Positions 14,000 to 24,099 of a stretch of 64,000 nt of DNA are shown here, in pieces. The translations under genes and the position numbers were made by a program. Below the pieces are notes generated by a model that saw nothing but the letters and a program-made list of their open reading frames with translations, made no database searches and was not told the DNA's origin. Each line of letters starts with the position of its first letter. The stretch's first letter is position 1. Source of the DNA: Anthoceros angustus (lineage: Eukaryota > Plantae > Anthocerotophyta); contig MU008205.1 of assembly GCA_010909165.1 (NCBI GenBank), positions 186,001-250,000 of the forward strand, written 5' to 3'.

Positions 14000-15073
14000 A
14001 TGGCGGTGGCGGGGCGATCACGGGTAAGACCAAGTGACATTCGATCGTTGCAATCGGCCACTTGTGTTGACTAACAAGCAAGACACTCGCTTTGCAAGGC
14101 CGATTGCAACATAGGTAGTCTTCAGAATCAACAGTTCATATGGTTGTTTGACCAACACTAACAACACCCGTTTTCCAAATTCGAGAGCATCAAAGAGGGG
14201 TTCTCGTTGGGGACAACACTGGTTGACATGGATATGGAAGGCACCACACTTGCAAATCATGCTTCGGAGAATGAGCACAAGTGTTCCACAATTTCCAGCC
14301 ATGGGAAGACAAGTGGAAAACACCGTTGGTAAGGAAGTATCACTAAACCCCAACCCGACGACCCGAGACATTTCTGGAGTTGCAAGCATTTTTGCTGTAT
14401 ATGGAATCACACCATGAGGGCTGCAACATAGAGAGTTTTCCTTATGATCATAGAGATCTTTTTGAGCTGGCAGGAAGGGGCATGAACAGGCAAAGCTTCG
14501 TGTGGACCAGTTACTGTGAAGGGGCCTTTCGAAAACTGGAACATCACCTGTTCATGCATCAGGTGTTTGATCACTGGCCCACTGAAGGGTTCTTAATGTA
14601 CAGGCACAAGGAAAAACCAGCTGACCTACGAAGTCTGAAAGTTTGGCTAAGTCACTTGCAGAGAAAAGGCGGGCGTTTCGCCATGGTACCCACGAGCTTT
14701 TCTGAGGTGTTTGCTTACATGAGTGTTGGAATGGGATGAAGCCACTCTGGAATCTTGGTATCTTGACGACAATGTGGGTGATTATCCGAGGCATGTATCG
14801 AAAAACGATTATGTAAATGGTTTGAATGGGTGGCAACTGCCTAGGGTGAAGACTGAACTAGATAGCGATGAAGAAGAAGAACTCATGGCGCGGCATCGAG
14901 CGAAAGAACGGGCACGGTTGGGCAAAGCACAAGTTGATGAGTATTTCGATCCGGAAGAGCGACGTGTGGCTGCGTTATTAGCCACAGGGAGAATGGATCA
15001 TGATAAACCGTCGGAACCACAACTGAGGGATGGCATGTTCCGAAGGTTTTACCGACGATTCTACGGCATTTGA
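14000..15073 (+). pseudogene. Extra sense ORF of unknown function in the retroelement 3' region (frameshifted)
   Basis: Consecutive overlapping ORFs 14148..14417, 14380..14739, 14723..15073 with protein-like composition, ending just before the purine tract. Confidence 0.5.
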
Positions 15074-15139
15074 GAGTGCCAAAGTGGTGCTTTCACAACA
15101 TGACGCCTGCCATACGAGCAGCCCAACTTTGGCAGGGGG

Positions 15140-15287
15140 GCCATTTGCAAACGCAGTGAGACGGAGGTGGTGATGACGCATGTGGCCCAAGGTTACGAGT
15201 TGATAGCAAGTAGTTGAAAGACTTTTGTTTTGTGGATTTTGATAGGATGGCATGCTGCCATGTCCGCTATGCGGCCGTGGCGCGACA
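15140..15287 (+). repeat. Repeat B1, preceded by purine tract ggcagggggg
   Basis: Near-identical to 15687-15835; ends CGACA. Confidence 0.92.
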
Positions 15288-15289
15288 GC

Positions 15290-15835
15290 TGTCATGGCAC
15301 GCAGTGGTAGAAAGAGGTAGATAAGAATCTGAGTGTGATGGTGTGTGTGCTATGTGTGTGGTGGCATGATGAGTGGCATGGGTATGGAAATAGGATGGTG
15401 TCGTGGTTATGTGGACCATACAAGCGAGAATCTGGTCAAGCGCAATTAAGGCTCGGCGGCGAAGATCTCCCGACATGTGCGGGTGTGATCACGGCGCTTC
15501 GGGATTCGGGCCAGTAATTAAGATCGGCGGTGTAGGCTACAAAGTCCAGCAATCCGTCATTGAGGGCGGATTGTTGATGTCTGATTCAATAGAACAGCCA
15601 GACAGATCCCAAGCACTTTTCGAGCACCTTGTGATGCTTCAGCTGTGGTGTGTGCAGAGGACAACCATCCCAAGTCAGTAAATTTTGCCATTTGTAAACG
15701 CAGTGAGACGGAGGTGGTGATGACGCATGTGGCCCAAGGTTACGAGTTGATAGCAAGTAGTTGAAAGACTCTTTGTTTTGTGGATTTTGATAGGATGGCA
15801 TGCTGCCATGTCCGCTATGCGGCCGTGGCGCGACA
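15290..15835 (+). repeat. Repeats A2 (15290-15688) and B2 (15687-15835)
   Basis: A2 matches 5708-6081; B2 matches 15140-15287. Confidence 0.9.
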
Positions 15836-17582
15836 AGATCCTGCTTCAGGCGCTGCGGCCATCGATGCTTGTTAATCACAACCACAAAACTTGGAAAACC
15901 CTGGAAAAGCATTCACATATGTCAGGACTAATGGCGATTAGGTTTTTGGGGAGTCGCGATTGGGTTGCAGACATGGGCAACACCAAGGCGCGGCCATGGT
16001 TAAAGACATGGCCGAGGCATCAGTATGTGCCGCGGCTCATGGCCGAGGCACAAGCATATCCCTCGGCTCATGGCCATGGCATGCGCAAGTCCTCGCCCTC
16101 GCATATGGTCGCCCTTCAGCGCGCCTCTCAAAACAACCCCTGGTACACATGTAGATACGCAAGAGGGTGCATCCATGCCAACCAGAATCAACAAGCGAAA
16201 ATTGTCGCCATGTGAAGGGAAATTGGGACATGCTCACCGTAATTCAGCGCTCCAAACTTCGAGTTCGCAGACGCCAACTGTAATCGTCCGCAGAAGCTTA
16301 ACCTACACCCAACGATGCGAAGGGGAGGCGGTGGCCCCTTCTTATGGCTTGGACCGGCCAATGGCTCATCGCCACGTGTCTTTAGTTAGACAGGCGTTTC
16401 AATGCTACATTGAACGGCATGCCGACACGTGGTCTATGCACAGGCGCGTGCTTCTTAGAGAACTCGAGTGGTCAAATACACCAGACTGTGGTCAAAGCTT
16501 CACATAGACACATACATGTACAATGTACAATGGCTCCATTAAAAAGAGTTCCCTTCAGTGCCTTATAAGCTAGATTTCCTTTCCTTGGGTCTCGGGGTTT
16601 CCATGGAATATCCCATTTTTACCATGGTCAGATAGTATAGGTTATATTCTAGGATTACCGAGGCCTGAGGACAAGCACTGATAGGGTTCCGGGCCTCAAG
16701 CGTTGAAAACGGCGAGGCCGCGACTGATGCCCTTTACCCATGGCCCGAGGACAAAAAAATAATTAAGGTTCCTTGCGCTGAGAACGCGACAGATCTGCCC
16801 TTTTCCCATGGCTCAAGGACAATATAAAACTACATATAGTATCAATACAAGCAAACGGAATTCAAACGGCAAGAAAGCGGTGGATGTAGGAATGATATCT
16901 GGCGAACTCACCTGTTGCGACCACGTTCCCGCCAAAAACCCCAAAAACCCTAAACGGCAGCGAATTGGGTGGGTCTACTCGATTGATGTCGATTACCACG
17001 TTGGTAGAGATAACAGCCAGCTACAATTGTGGGTTGTGAGGGCACTTGGCGTCAAAACGCAGGATTTAGGATTGAAGCCACATCACCCTCTTTGGAGACT
17101 TTAGGACTTAGGGTAAGGATGCAAGTTTTATAGCAGATGCGCCTTCTTCGCCATTTCAAGCTTCAAGTATGGGCATGCCGTTCTTTCCATTGCTCTTGTT
17201 AATCACAACCAACCATGGGTCCAGATGCCAAAATCGCAGAAGATCGAGTTGCGCGCAGAGGCGAACAAGGACACTCGACGGCTGGCGACGGTGGCAATGG
17301 TTGCCGGAGATGCTGCTGTGGAGGCAACTGTGGAGGGATGACTGGTCTGGACCCAAAGTTGGTTGCGCTTGACAAGAACCTGGATGTGGCTGCCAATTTA
17401 CTCGGACCAACCCCCGAGAGATTAAAGGGCACCTGGCGGAAGGTTAAAGAATCACGGAAGATGTCTATGTCTCAGAGGGAAATGAGGATGTAGAGCTAAC
17501 AAAGAACCGGGCTTCAAGGAGGCCTGGGGTTTCTCGCGGGCGCGAACGGGGCAGTGGGAAAAAAAGGGATGCATCCCAGTGG

Positions 17583-19510
17583 GTGTCCTTAATGGCAGGT
17601 TTAGGTTGCAATGGCCATGGAAGAGCTTGGAGTAGCCAAGATGGCGCGAGCAAGCGTGGCCGTGGGTTCTCACATGTTCCAGAGTCGCGGCGGCCCAAAA
17701 CCCGTGCTGCCACCGCTAAGGCAAAGGCCGCCGCCGAGTGCTCGAGCTTGAATGATGATGTGGGGCAGGAGGCATGGTATGCGGACAAGGTTTCTGATGA
17801 GGATGCCGTGGACGAGGAGCGTCCGCGTTTCGAGGGGGAAGACGCCGAGTCCGATTCAGACATCGACGAAGAAGGGCGCCGCAAAGTGAAGCAAACAAGC
17901 CGGATCTATGCCCCGGGCGTTACGGACGATGTCGATTTCACGTGCAATGGGGTTCGGTCAATCACAAGCAACACAACCGGTTTCGCAGATGCGACAATAG
18001 AGGTTACCTCGGCAACCACGATGCCTTGATTGAGAATGATGGGGCAGACCGATGCTCCACCGAACTTTGAGAACGAAGCACATGGCGCAGAATGCCGTGT
18101 ACCAGACAGTCCTAAAAAACCAACTGTGTGGGCGAATTTCGTTCGCCATGTGAAGGCTGCGAACCACGAGAACCCTGCTGCTGAAGATGCATCTACAGAG
18201 CCTGCCAATTCTAACAGGTTGAATGCTGAATATCCGGATGCAGGTGGCTTCATTGGGGAATGCCGCAATGTGGAGGAAAATGTGGACACCCTTCCAACTG
18301 AATGTCGTGATGTAGAAGACGATGCAGACACCATTCCACCTGAATGCCGCGATGTGGAGGTGAAGGGAAAGAGAGGCCCAAAGCGGAAGAGGGTTCACGA
18401 TATGTCACGGCGTTTCCTTCACATCTCGCACTTTGGTAAGCACGCTAGTTTGTAGCTCTTGTTATGGTTTTTATTGTAAGAGCAGAATGGTGGCCGTGTG
18501 TGCAGGAATTAAATTTCATCCCCATTTCACGCCTTGCTGTTTCAAGCCTTGCTGTTTCAAGCCTGGCTGTTTCATGTCTGAAACAGCCATGATAACAGCC
18601 ACGTTCACAGCCATCAAACCTGTTAACGTTGTCATTGTGCTAAGCCTGTTTGAAGACTGAATTAGGCCTGATTAAACTCTAACTTTGTTGGTGTCATAGT
18701 ACTAATCTTGCTGCAACTCCTCGTGTTTTTCAGGGTTTATATACCAAGAGAGTCCCTCATTCATACCCATGAAGGATAGAGTCCATTTTGCGGTCCGGTA
18801 CATATGCAATCCACTCATATATCCCTTTTGGAAACAAACAGACGCCACCCTTCATGTTGAGACGTGTATCGTGCAAACTATGACTGGGCCATGGGAGTTT
18901 CAGCCTATTGTCTTGCGCTTTTGAGCACTAATTTGAAGTATTGGAGGAACAATGTTAGAAAGGAGGCCCGTTATTTTTGGGGAAGAAGTCTAACCCCAAG
19001 ATGTCCCGAAGGTGTGAAGCAAGAGTATTGGGATGTGTTTTTGAAGGAGGAGCAAGACAAGATAAGCGGAGTTGTGGCCCTAGTCAAGAAAAAACCGGCC
19101 GCCATGAGCGGGATGAAGGAGGTAGGAAGCACTACATATTCTTGCTTTGGATATGGTGGTCAGAAGGGGTTTCTGCAGAGGTTTAGAGCAAAGTACAGTA
19201 GGGAACCAAGCCCGGATGAGATAAAGGCGAGGTAGCAATCATGGGTCTTGGCTGTCGAGAGTGTTTTTGAGGAGTCCAAAACCGGACAGAGTTGGGTCCG
19301 CAGTTGGGGCAAATGGGGAGAAGGAGAAGGCTATTGTGGTGTGGGACATGTTGAAGGAGGCGGGATACCTAATCGATGAATGCGACGGAAGATCATGGAA
19401 GCCATCATGAAGCTAAATGTTGCCGATGATGGGTGGATGGTGAGGATTATCTTCCCGCAAATTGGCGAAGGATCTTGAGCCGAGGATGCATAAGCACACT
19501 TTTAGGTGAG
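17583..19510 (+). pseudogene. CACTA-associated TnpA/Ptta-like ORF remnants
   Basis: Acidic low-complexity ORFs 17583-18455, then KYWRNNVRKEARYFW..CPEGVKQEYWDVF..FGYGGQKGF..KYSREPSPDE; lies inside the CACTA TIRs. Confidence 0.55.
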
Positions 19511-20317
19511 AGTCTTGGTTCGTGTTGCGAGACAACCTCTTTTTGTCTATGCTTGTTCGAATTTGCTAATGGCATCCTTTTTGGAAGTTGGATTATTCTT
19601 GGGGCCATGCATTAGAGTTGCGGTGGAGATGATGAATTGCACCTAGTGGAATGTAGGGATGAGCTAAAGACTAGAGTGTAGAATAGTTGCGTGATCCGTC
19701 CGGATAGTAGATTCGCCATTTTTGTCAACATACTCCCAAACACCCTAAACTCTAAGCTACTTATACTACGGATGTTTTACTCGCCTTTTTCTAGTTTAGC
19801 AATCGAAACCCTTGTAGTATGCACTACAAGTGGTTTCCTGCAGAGCTTTTACTACAAAGTTTTACTATAGGTGTTTATTATAGTCGTTTTACTACATGGC
19901 ATTTTACTACGGACGTTTTACTACATGGCATTTTACTACAGACGTTTTAAAAGAGACCCCAATTAACAAACCATAGGTTAAATAATACCAGTTAATAAAT
20001 CATGGTTAATTAACACTAGTTAACAAACCTTGGTTTATTAACCGTGATCTAGGTTTATCGTTTTACACCCGTAGTAAAAATGGGGTTAATTTATGTAGTA
20101 AAGTAAACTATAGGTCCATTTAACCTTATATATAAAATAAATTACTCCGTATACATGCCGTATTAAATTATAGTATATAGCCCGGTATACGGTATGGGGA
20201 CATTACCACGGAAATTAACGCTTTGTGTTTACTACGGGCGTTTTACTACTGTAGTAGTAACCCTGTTGTAAAACCCGTTGTGAAGTCCGTGTTAAAGGGC
20301 ATGGTTTTCTAGTAGTG

Positions 20318-20538
20318 AACGTCGACTTCTCTTCGCCACCAATGAAATCTGGGTACCTCATCCAGGGAATGTAGCAACGTTTCACACGAGTCACCGTCTG
20401 CTGGACAAGATGCTCACCATTCTGCCATTTCAATGTCTCCTTATAGAAAGGACCGGGACCCGGATTCTGCACTTCAAAAGGGCAAGGTTGAGGCAGGATG
20501 GGGGCACCCACAGGCCTTCTCGGAATTGATTCATCCAT
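20318..20538 (-). pseudogene. N-terminus of the MULE transposase
   Basis: MDESIPRRPVGAP..YIPWMRYPDFIGGEEKST; joins in frame to sequence below 4796 once the CACTA and one TSD are removed. Confidence 0.85.
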
Positions 20539-20580
20539 AAAATCTACGGGATTGTCTTCTCTGTTTGCTCTGTCACGGCC

Positions 20581-20889
20581 AGCTCTGGAGCCTGGCCTCG
20601 CGAGCGCGCGGGATAGGGCACTTTTAGAGTTTGCACTTCTTCAAACTAAAGACGGGTTCAGGAATACATAGACATATGGGTACAATACAGAGTACATACG
20701 GTATAGCTATATTATACGTTACATTAGGGTTAGTGAAGTGGCGACGGGCGCGCAAAATGCCATCGGGCCGAACGGGAGAGTGGATGAGAGCGATGGCATG
20801 ACCGCTGCGGTGTGACATGCTCACCATGGTGAGTTGGCGCTTTGGTTTCCGTGCTTGCATTAAGAGCACAGTGACCATTAGTGCCTGCG
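20581..20889 (-). repeat. Right TIR of the MULE
   Basis: Reverse complement of 1396-1704. Confidence 0.92.
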
Positions 20890-22869
20890 CTCGGTAACAG
20901 ATAACAAGTCTGTAAGGTGCTTTTTCCTTACGCTAAAATTACACAGTATGGTATGTTTACACCTGTAAATATAGGAACATTATATTACATATATAATTAA
21001 TTAATAATATATTATAAATATATAAAATAAATGTGAACATCATAATTTCGTCACTGTTTTCACTCTCCTCTTCAATTCTCCAAATCTCTCACTATCGTCA
21101 TCGTCTTCCTTTTCAGCTTGATAAATATCATCTATATCACTTGTGGAGTTACTTTTATAGGATGATTATCTCACAGGGTGCATATTAAACCCTAATGTCG
21201 TTATAGGTTTGAGGTTCTTTCCCATGGGAGCGTACCTTGCCTGAATTGTATATATCACTTGCGGTCACACCACACAATACCACGCACGTGTCTAATCCTA
21301 AGACGAGAGGCCAACTTCCCCCTAATCTACACTCTCTCTCAGTTACACACCCCATGACGTAGTTTCCTACGGCATCGCAGAAGATGTCATAAGGGACGTT
21401 GGCGACGTGGTGGGCTGCTAAGTTAGTACCAGTCTTTACCTTTCCATAGTGTTTCACATATGTAGTTACGTCATAAGGAGCCTGAATCTAAAAATAACTA
21501 ATAGAATTAATAATTTATGGTAGACTAACGAAAAGTAAAATAATAATCTTATACCATAATGACATAGAAAAAACAAGAAATATAATACATCACGAAGGCC
21601 CGTATGAAAGCTACGGGACAGCCGGAAGCTTCATATGGGCCTTGATGTTTTTCATCGTTTTTGGGAGTACTGGTGTGAGCAAATACCACCAGACAGGTGG
21701 TGGCATTTGCTTGCACCCGCGCAAGAAAGAGCAACATCTCCAAAACTAGAGCACCCATGGCTCTAACACGACTGCTCCCTCCACACACACAATACCTGCT
21801 CGATGTGCTTCTTTTGCCATGATGGGGAGGCTGGAGCTAGGATTTGCACCTCCTCTTGCCCACGCCTGAGCCGTGCTGGGAATCGAAAAAAGGACGTGTT
21901 GGGAACCTTTTCTGAGCTCACACATCGCCGGACAACTGGCATTTTCTAGCGATTTTAAGCAACACGCTGCCCATGGCCTCTTAGATGACCCTAAAGATAA
22001 TTAGATTGGCATTACAAAAATGAGAAGAAACAAAAAAGACAAAAGCAGAAGGGAATGAACTTAGTAGCAAGTGATCTTAATAAAGAGTAAGAAAGTTATA
22101 TGTTTTATTTACAAGAGAATAGTTATCATTAACAAATTTTGGTAGAGGCAAGAAGGTTGCCTTCATAACAACTGCAGACAATTGCTCAAGAATTCCAAAG
22201 CGGTTTCAAGGGAGCCTACATACTTGCATTGGAGGTGACTAAGAAAGGAAGTTGGGAAAATTTGGTATATCTGATTAAAGGGGTTATTTATTCATAAAAT
22301 TATTTTTTGTTGTATTCTTACTGACATAGCATGTTCATTCAATGAACACTTAACTTCATTTTTGTTTAAGTGAATAGATATGTATTTACATTCGACTTAA
22401 TTTAGAAGACCTCGAACGTGCGGTGCTCTTTCCAAAAGATGTGAGTGCTGCTGCTTGCTCATATGTAATGAACCAATGCATGCACAGACCTTCCGAAGGC
22501 AAGCTAAAGTAACATGGTCAGCCACAATTAGGCCCCTCCTGCTCCTTTGCCTGTACATTACAAGCACTTCTTGCCACAATGAAGAGCTCCCCTAGGCCTT
22601 CGCCTGACTTTCGGTATAAGAGGTATGTTCCCAAGGCCATAGAAATAGTTTGCGTTGCATATATACTCTATGAGCATCCAATTATAGGCTTGTACACTGT
22701 GCATACATGTTTACCAAACTGCAGGGAACAGAGTCACTTGGAATGCCCAGATTACAAGCCGCACATGTGCAAGAGAAACCCAAAATATGCCCAAATATAT
22801 GTGTATATAATTAATAAAATGTCTTCAACCCATAGGCAATGTGCATGGGAAAAAGCAAGATACACACAA

Positions 22870-23240
22870 TGACGGGCTCTCTGGCCATCTTAAATAAGTA
22901 CATATACCTTTGGACGGAACAGGGAATTACCCTGGCCCAGAGGACCTAAGTTGTACAGGACTCTACTAACAAGCAAGTTCAGAGCAAGTAATATGCATGG
23001 AAGAATACCTACATACAATAATGGGCTCTAATATCGACACTCTGAACATGTACACCTCTGGACGGAACAGGGAATGCGGTAATCTAAAGGACCTAAACTT
23101 TACAAGTGCATACTAACCAGCGAGAAGAGACTGCAATGTGCATGGAAGAATACCTACAAACAATAATGGTCACTATCGACATCCTAAATATTCTACACCT
23201 CTGGATGGAACAGGAATCCAGAGGACCTGAAGTGTACAGT
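22870..23240. repeat. Degenerate tandem repeat, about 145-bp unit, about 2.5 copies
   Basis: acct(t/c)tgga(c/t)ggaacagg at about 22906, 23054 and 23198; gcatggaagaatacctaca twice. Confidence 0.7.
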
Positions 23241-23517
23241 ATAAGACACTGCAGCAGCAACAAGAGAAAGCATGCTGCTGCAACTTGCAAGGTTTAGCTT
23301 CCCCCCTCCGCGGGCACAATGCGTGTGTATAATCTACCTGACGTTCTTCTTGATCCTGGATGAGGGAAGCATAGAAATCTATCTGCTCCAGTTGGAAAGA
23401 ATAAACACCTGAGGCGATTTGGAGCAGGAAGGTTGGAGTGCCGGAAGCACCTGACTCTACCCGTTCCTGGAGCAGCATCTGCACGATCACCCTAAATTTC
23501 GGCCTCCCCCTGATTCA

Positions 23518-24099
23518 TCATGTGGGAGACGAATTCGAGCTCCCCGTCTCCGGCAGCTTATCAACGGCCCCATCCGAGGCCGAGTCATCGTCCTCCTTCA
23601 CGGCCGACGGTGCGCTAACAGTCTCCGGATCCCGCCTGCTCGCTATCCTCGCGGCCATAGCCCTCTTGATCGGCGGCCCTAGCTCATCCGACATGGTGCT
23701 CGTCTCGAAATCCGAATCGTGATCACGCGCCATCGGATTCGTGGAATTCACATGCTCCAAGATCTCCTTCTTGAACCTCAGCGGCTCCCCCTCCTGCACA
23801 TCCTTAAGAGCCTTCATCATCCACTTTCCCATCTGGTTGTAGTCGATTCTCGAAGACGAACCGTGCCGAAGATGCTTGGCGACCTCCGTCCCGCTGAAAC
23901 TTACCTTCCCGAACCAGAATTCCACCTCCTCCTTCTCCATGTCCACATACACGACGTCCTGCGCCCGGATTTCAGGCATGGGAGCCAGCGTCGGATCCGG
24001 CAACTGTACCACGCCTTCCCGCTGCACCTTTTCATATTCATCCTTCGTTACATCGAGGAGAGCCTTCCAGCGGAATTTCTCCCGGCCTTTAGGATACAT
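23518..24099 (-). CDS. Orphan protein, shorter paralogue of 26459-27529
   Basis: Shares VDxEKxEVEFWFGKVSFSGxEVAKH and GKxMMKALKD..GxPLxF..EIL.HVN; upstream DNA also homologous. Confidence 0.6.
   Translation of the reverse strand: MYPKGREKFRWKALLDVTKDEYEKVQREGVVQLPDPTLAPMPEIRAQDVVYVDMEKEEVEFWFGKVSFSGTEVAKHLRHGSSSRIDYNQMGKWMMKALKDVQEGEPLRFKKEILEHVNSTNPMARDHDSDFETSTMSDELGPPIKRAMAARIASRRDPETVSAPSAVKEDDDSASDGAVDKLPETGSSNSSPT

Larger units (their letters stand above)
5708..15835 (+). mobile_element. Ty3/Gypsy-type retroelement with split direct repeats (A1..B1-A2-B2), DDE integrase and PHD finger; RT core not found
   Basis: Termini TGTCA..CGACA; AGAT on both flanks (5704-5707 / 15836-15839); gag, protease, RNase H, integrase in Gypsy order. 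Confidence 0.88.
4800..20317. mobile_element. CACTA (En/Spm) element, apparently non-autonomous, inserted in the MULE transposase
   Basis: Left end CACTACTAGGAAACCATGCCCTTTA at 4800; right end TAAAGGGCATGGTTTTCTAGTAGTG ending at 20317; 3-bp TSD AAC (4797-4799 / 20318-20320); many subterminal TTTACTAC motifs. Confidence 0.95.
1396..20889 (-). mobile_element. Mutator-like (MULE) DNA transposon enlarged to 19.5 kb by nested insertions
   Basis: Inverted repeats 1396-1704 / 20581-20889; flanks gtcggtaac (1387-1395) and ctcggtaac (20890-20898) form a 9-bp TSD with one mismatch; internal MULE+SWIM transposase. Confidence 0.9.

Noticed and set aside
5708-15835. Classification as a DIRS/Ngaro element
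   Set aside because: No tyrosine recombinase or methyltransferase recognised; DDE integrase, TG..CA ends and a TSD are present.
21030-21790. Minus-strand ORF fragments
   Set aside because: No recognisable motif; cannot support a call.
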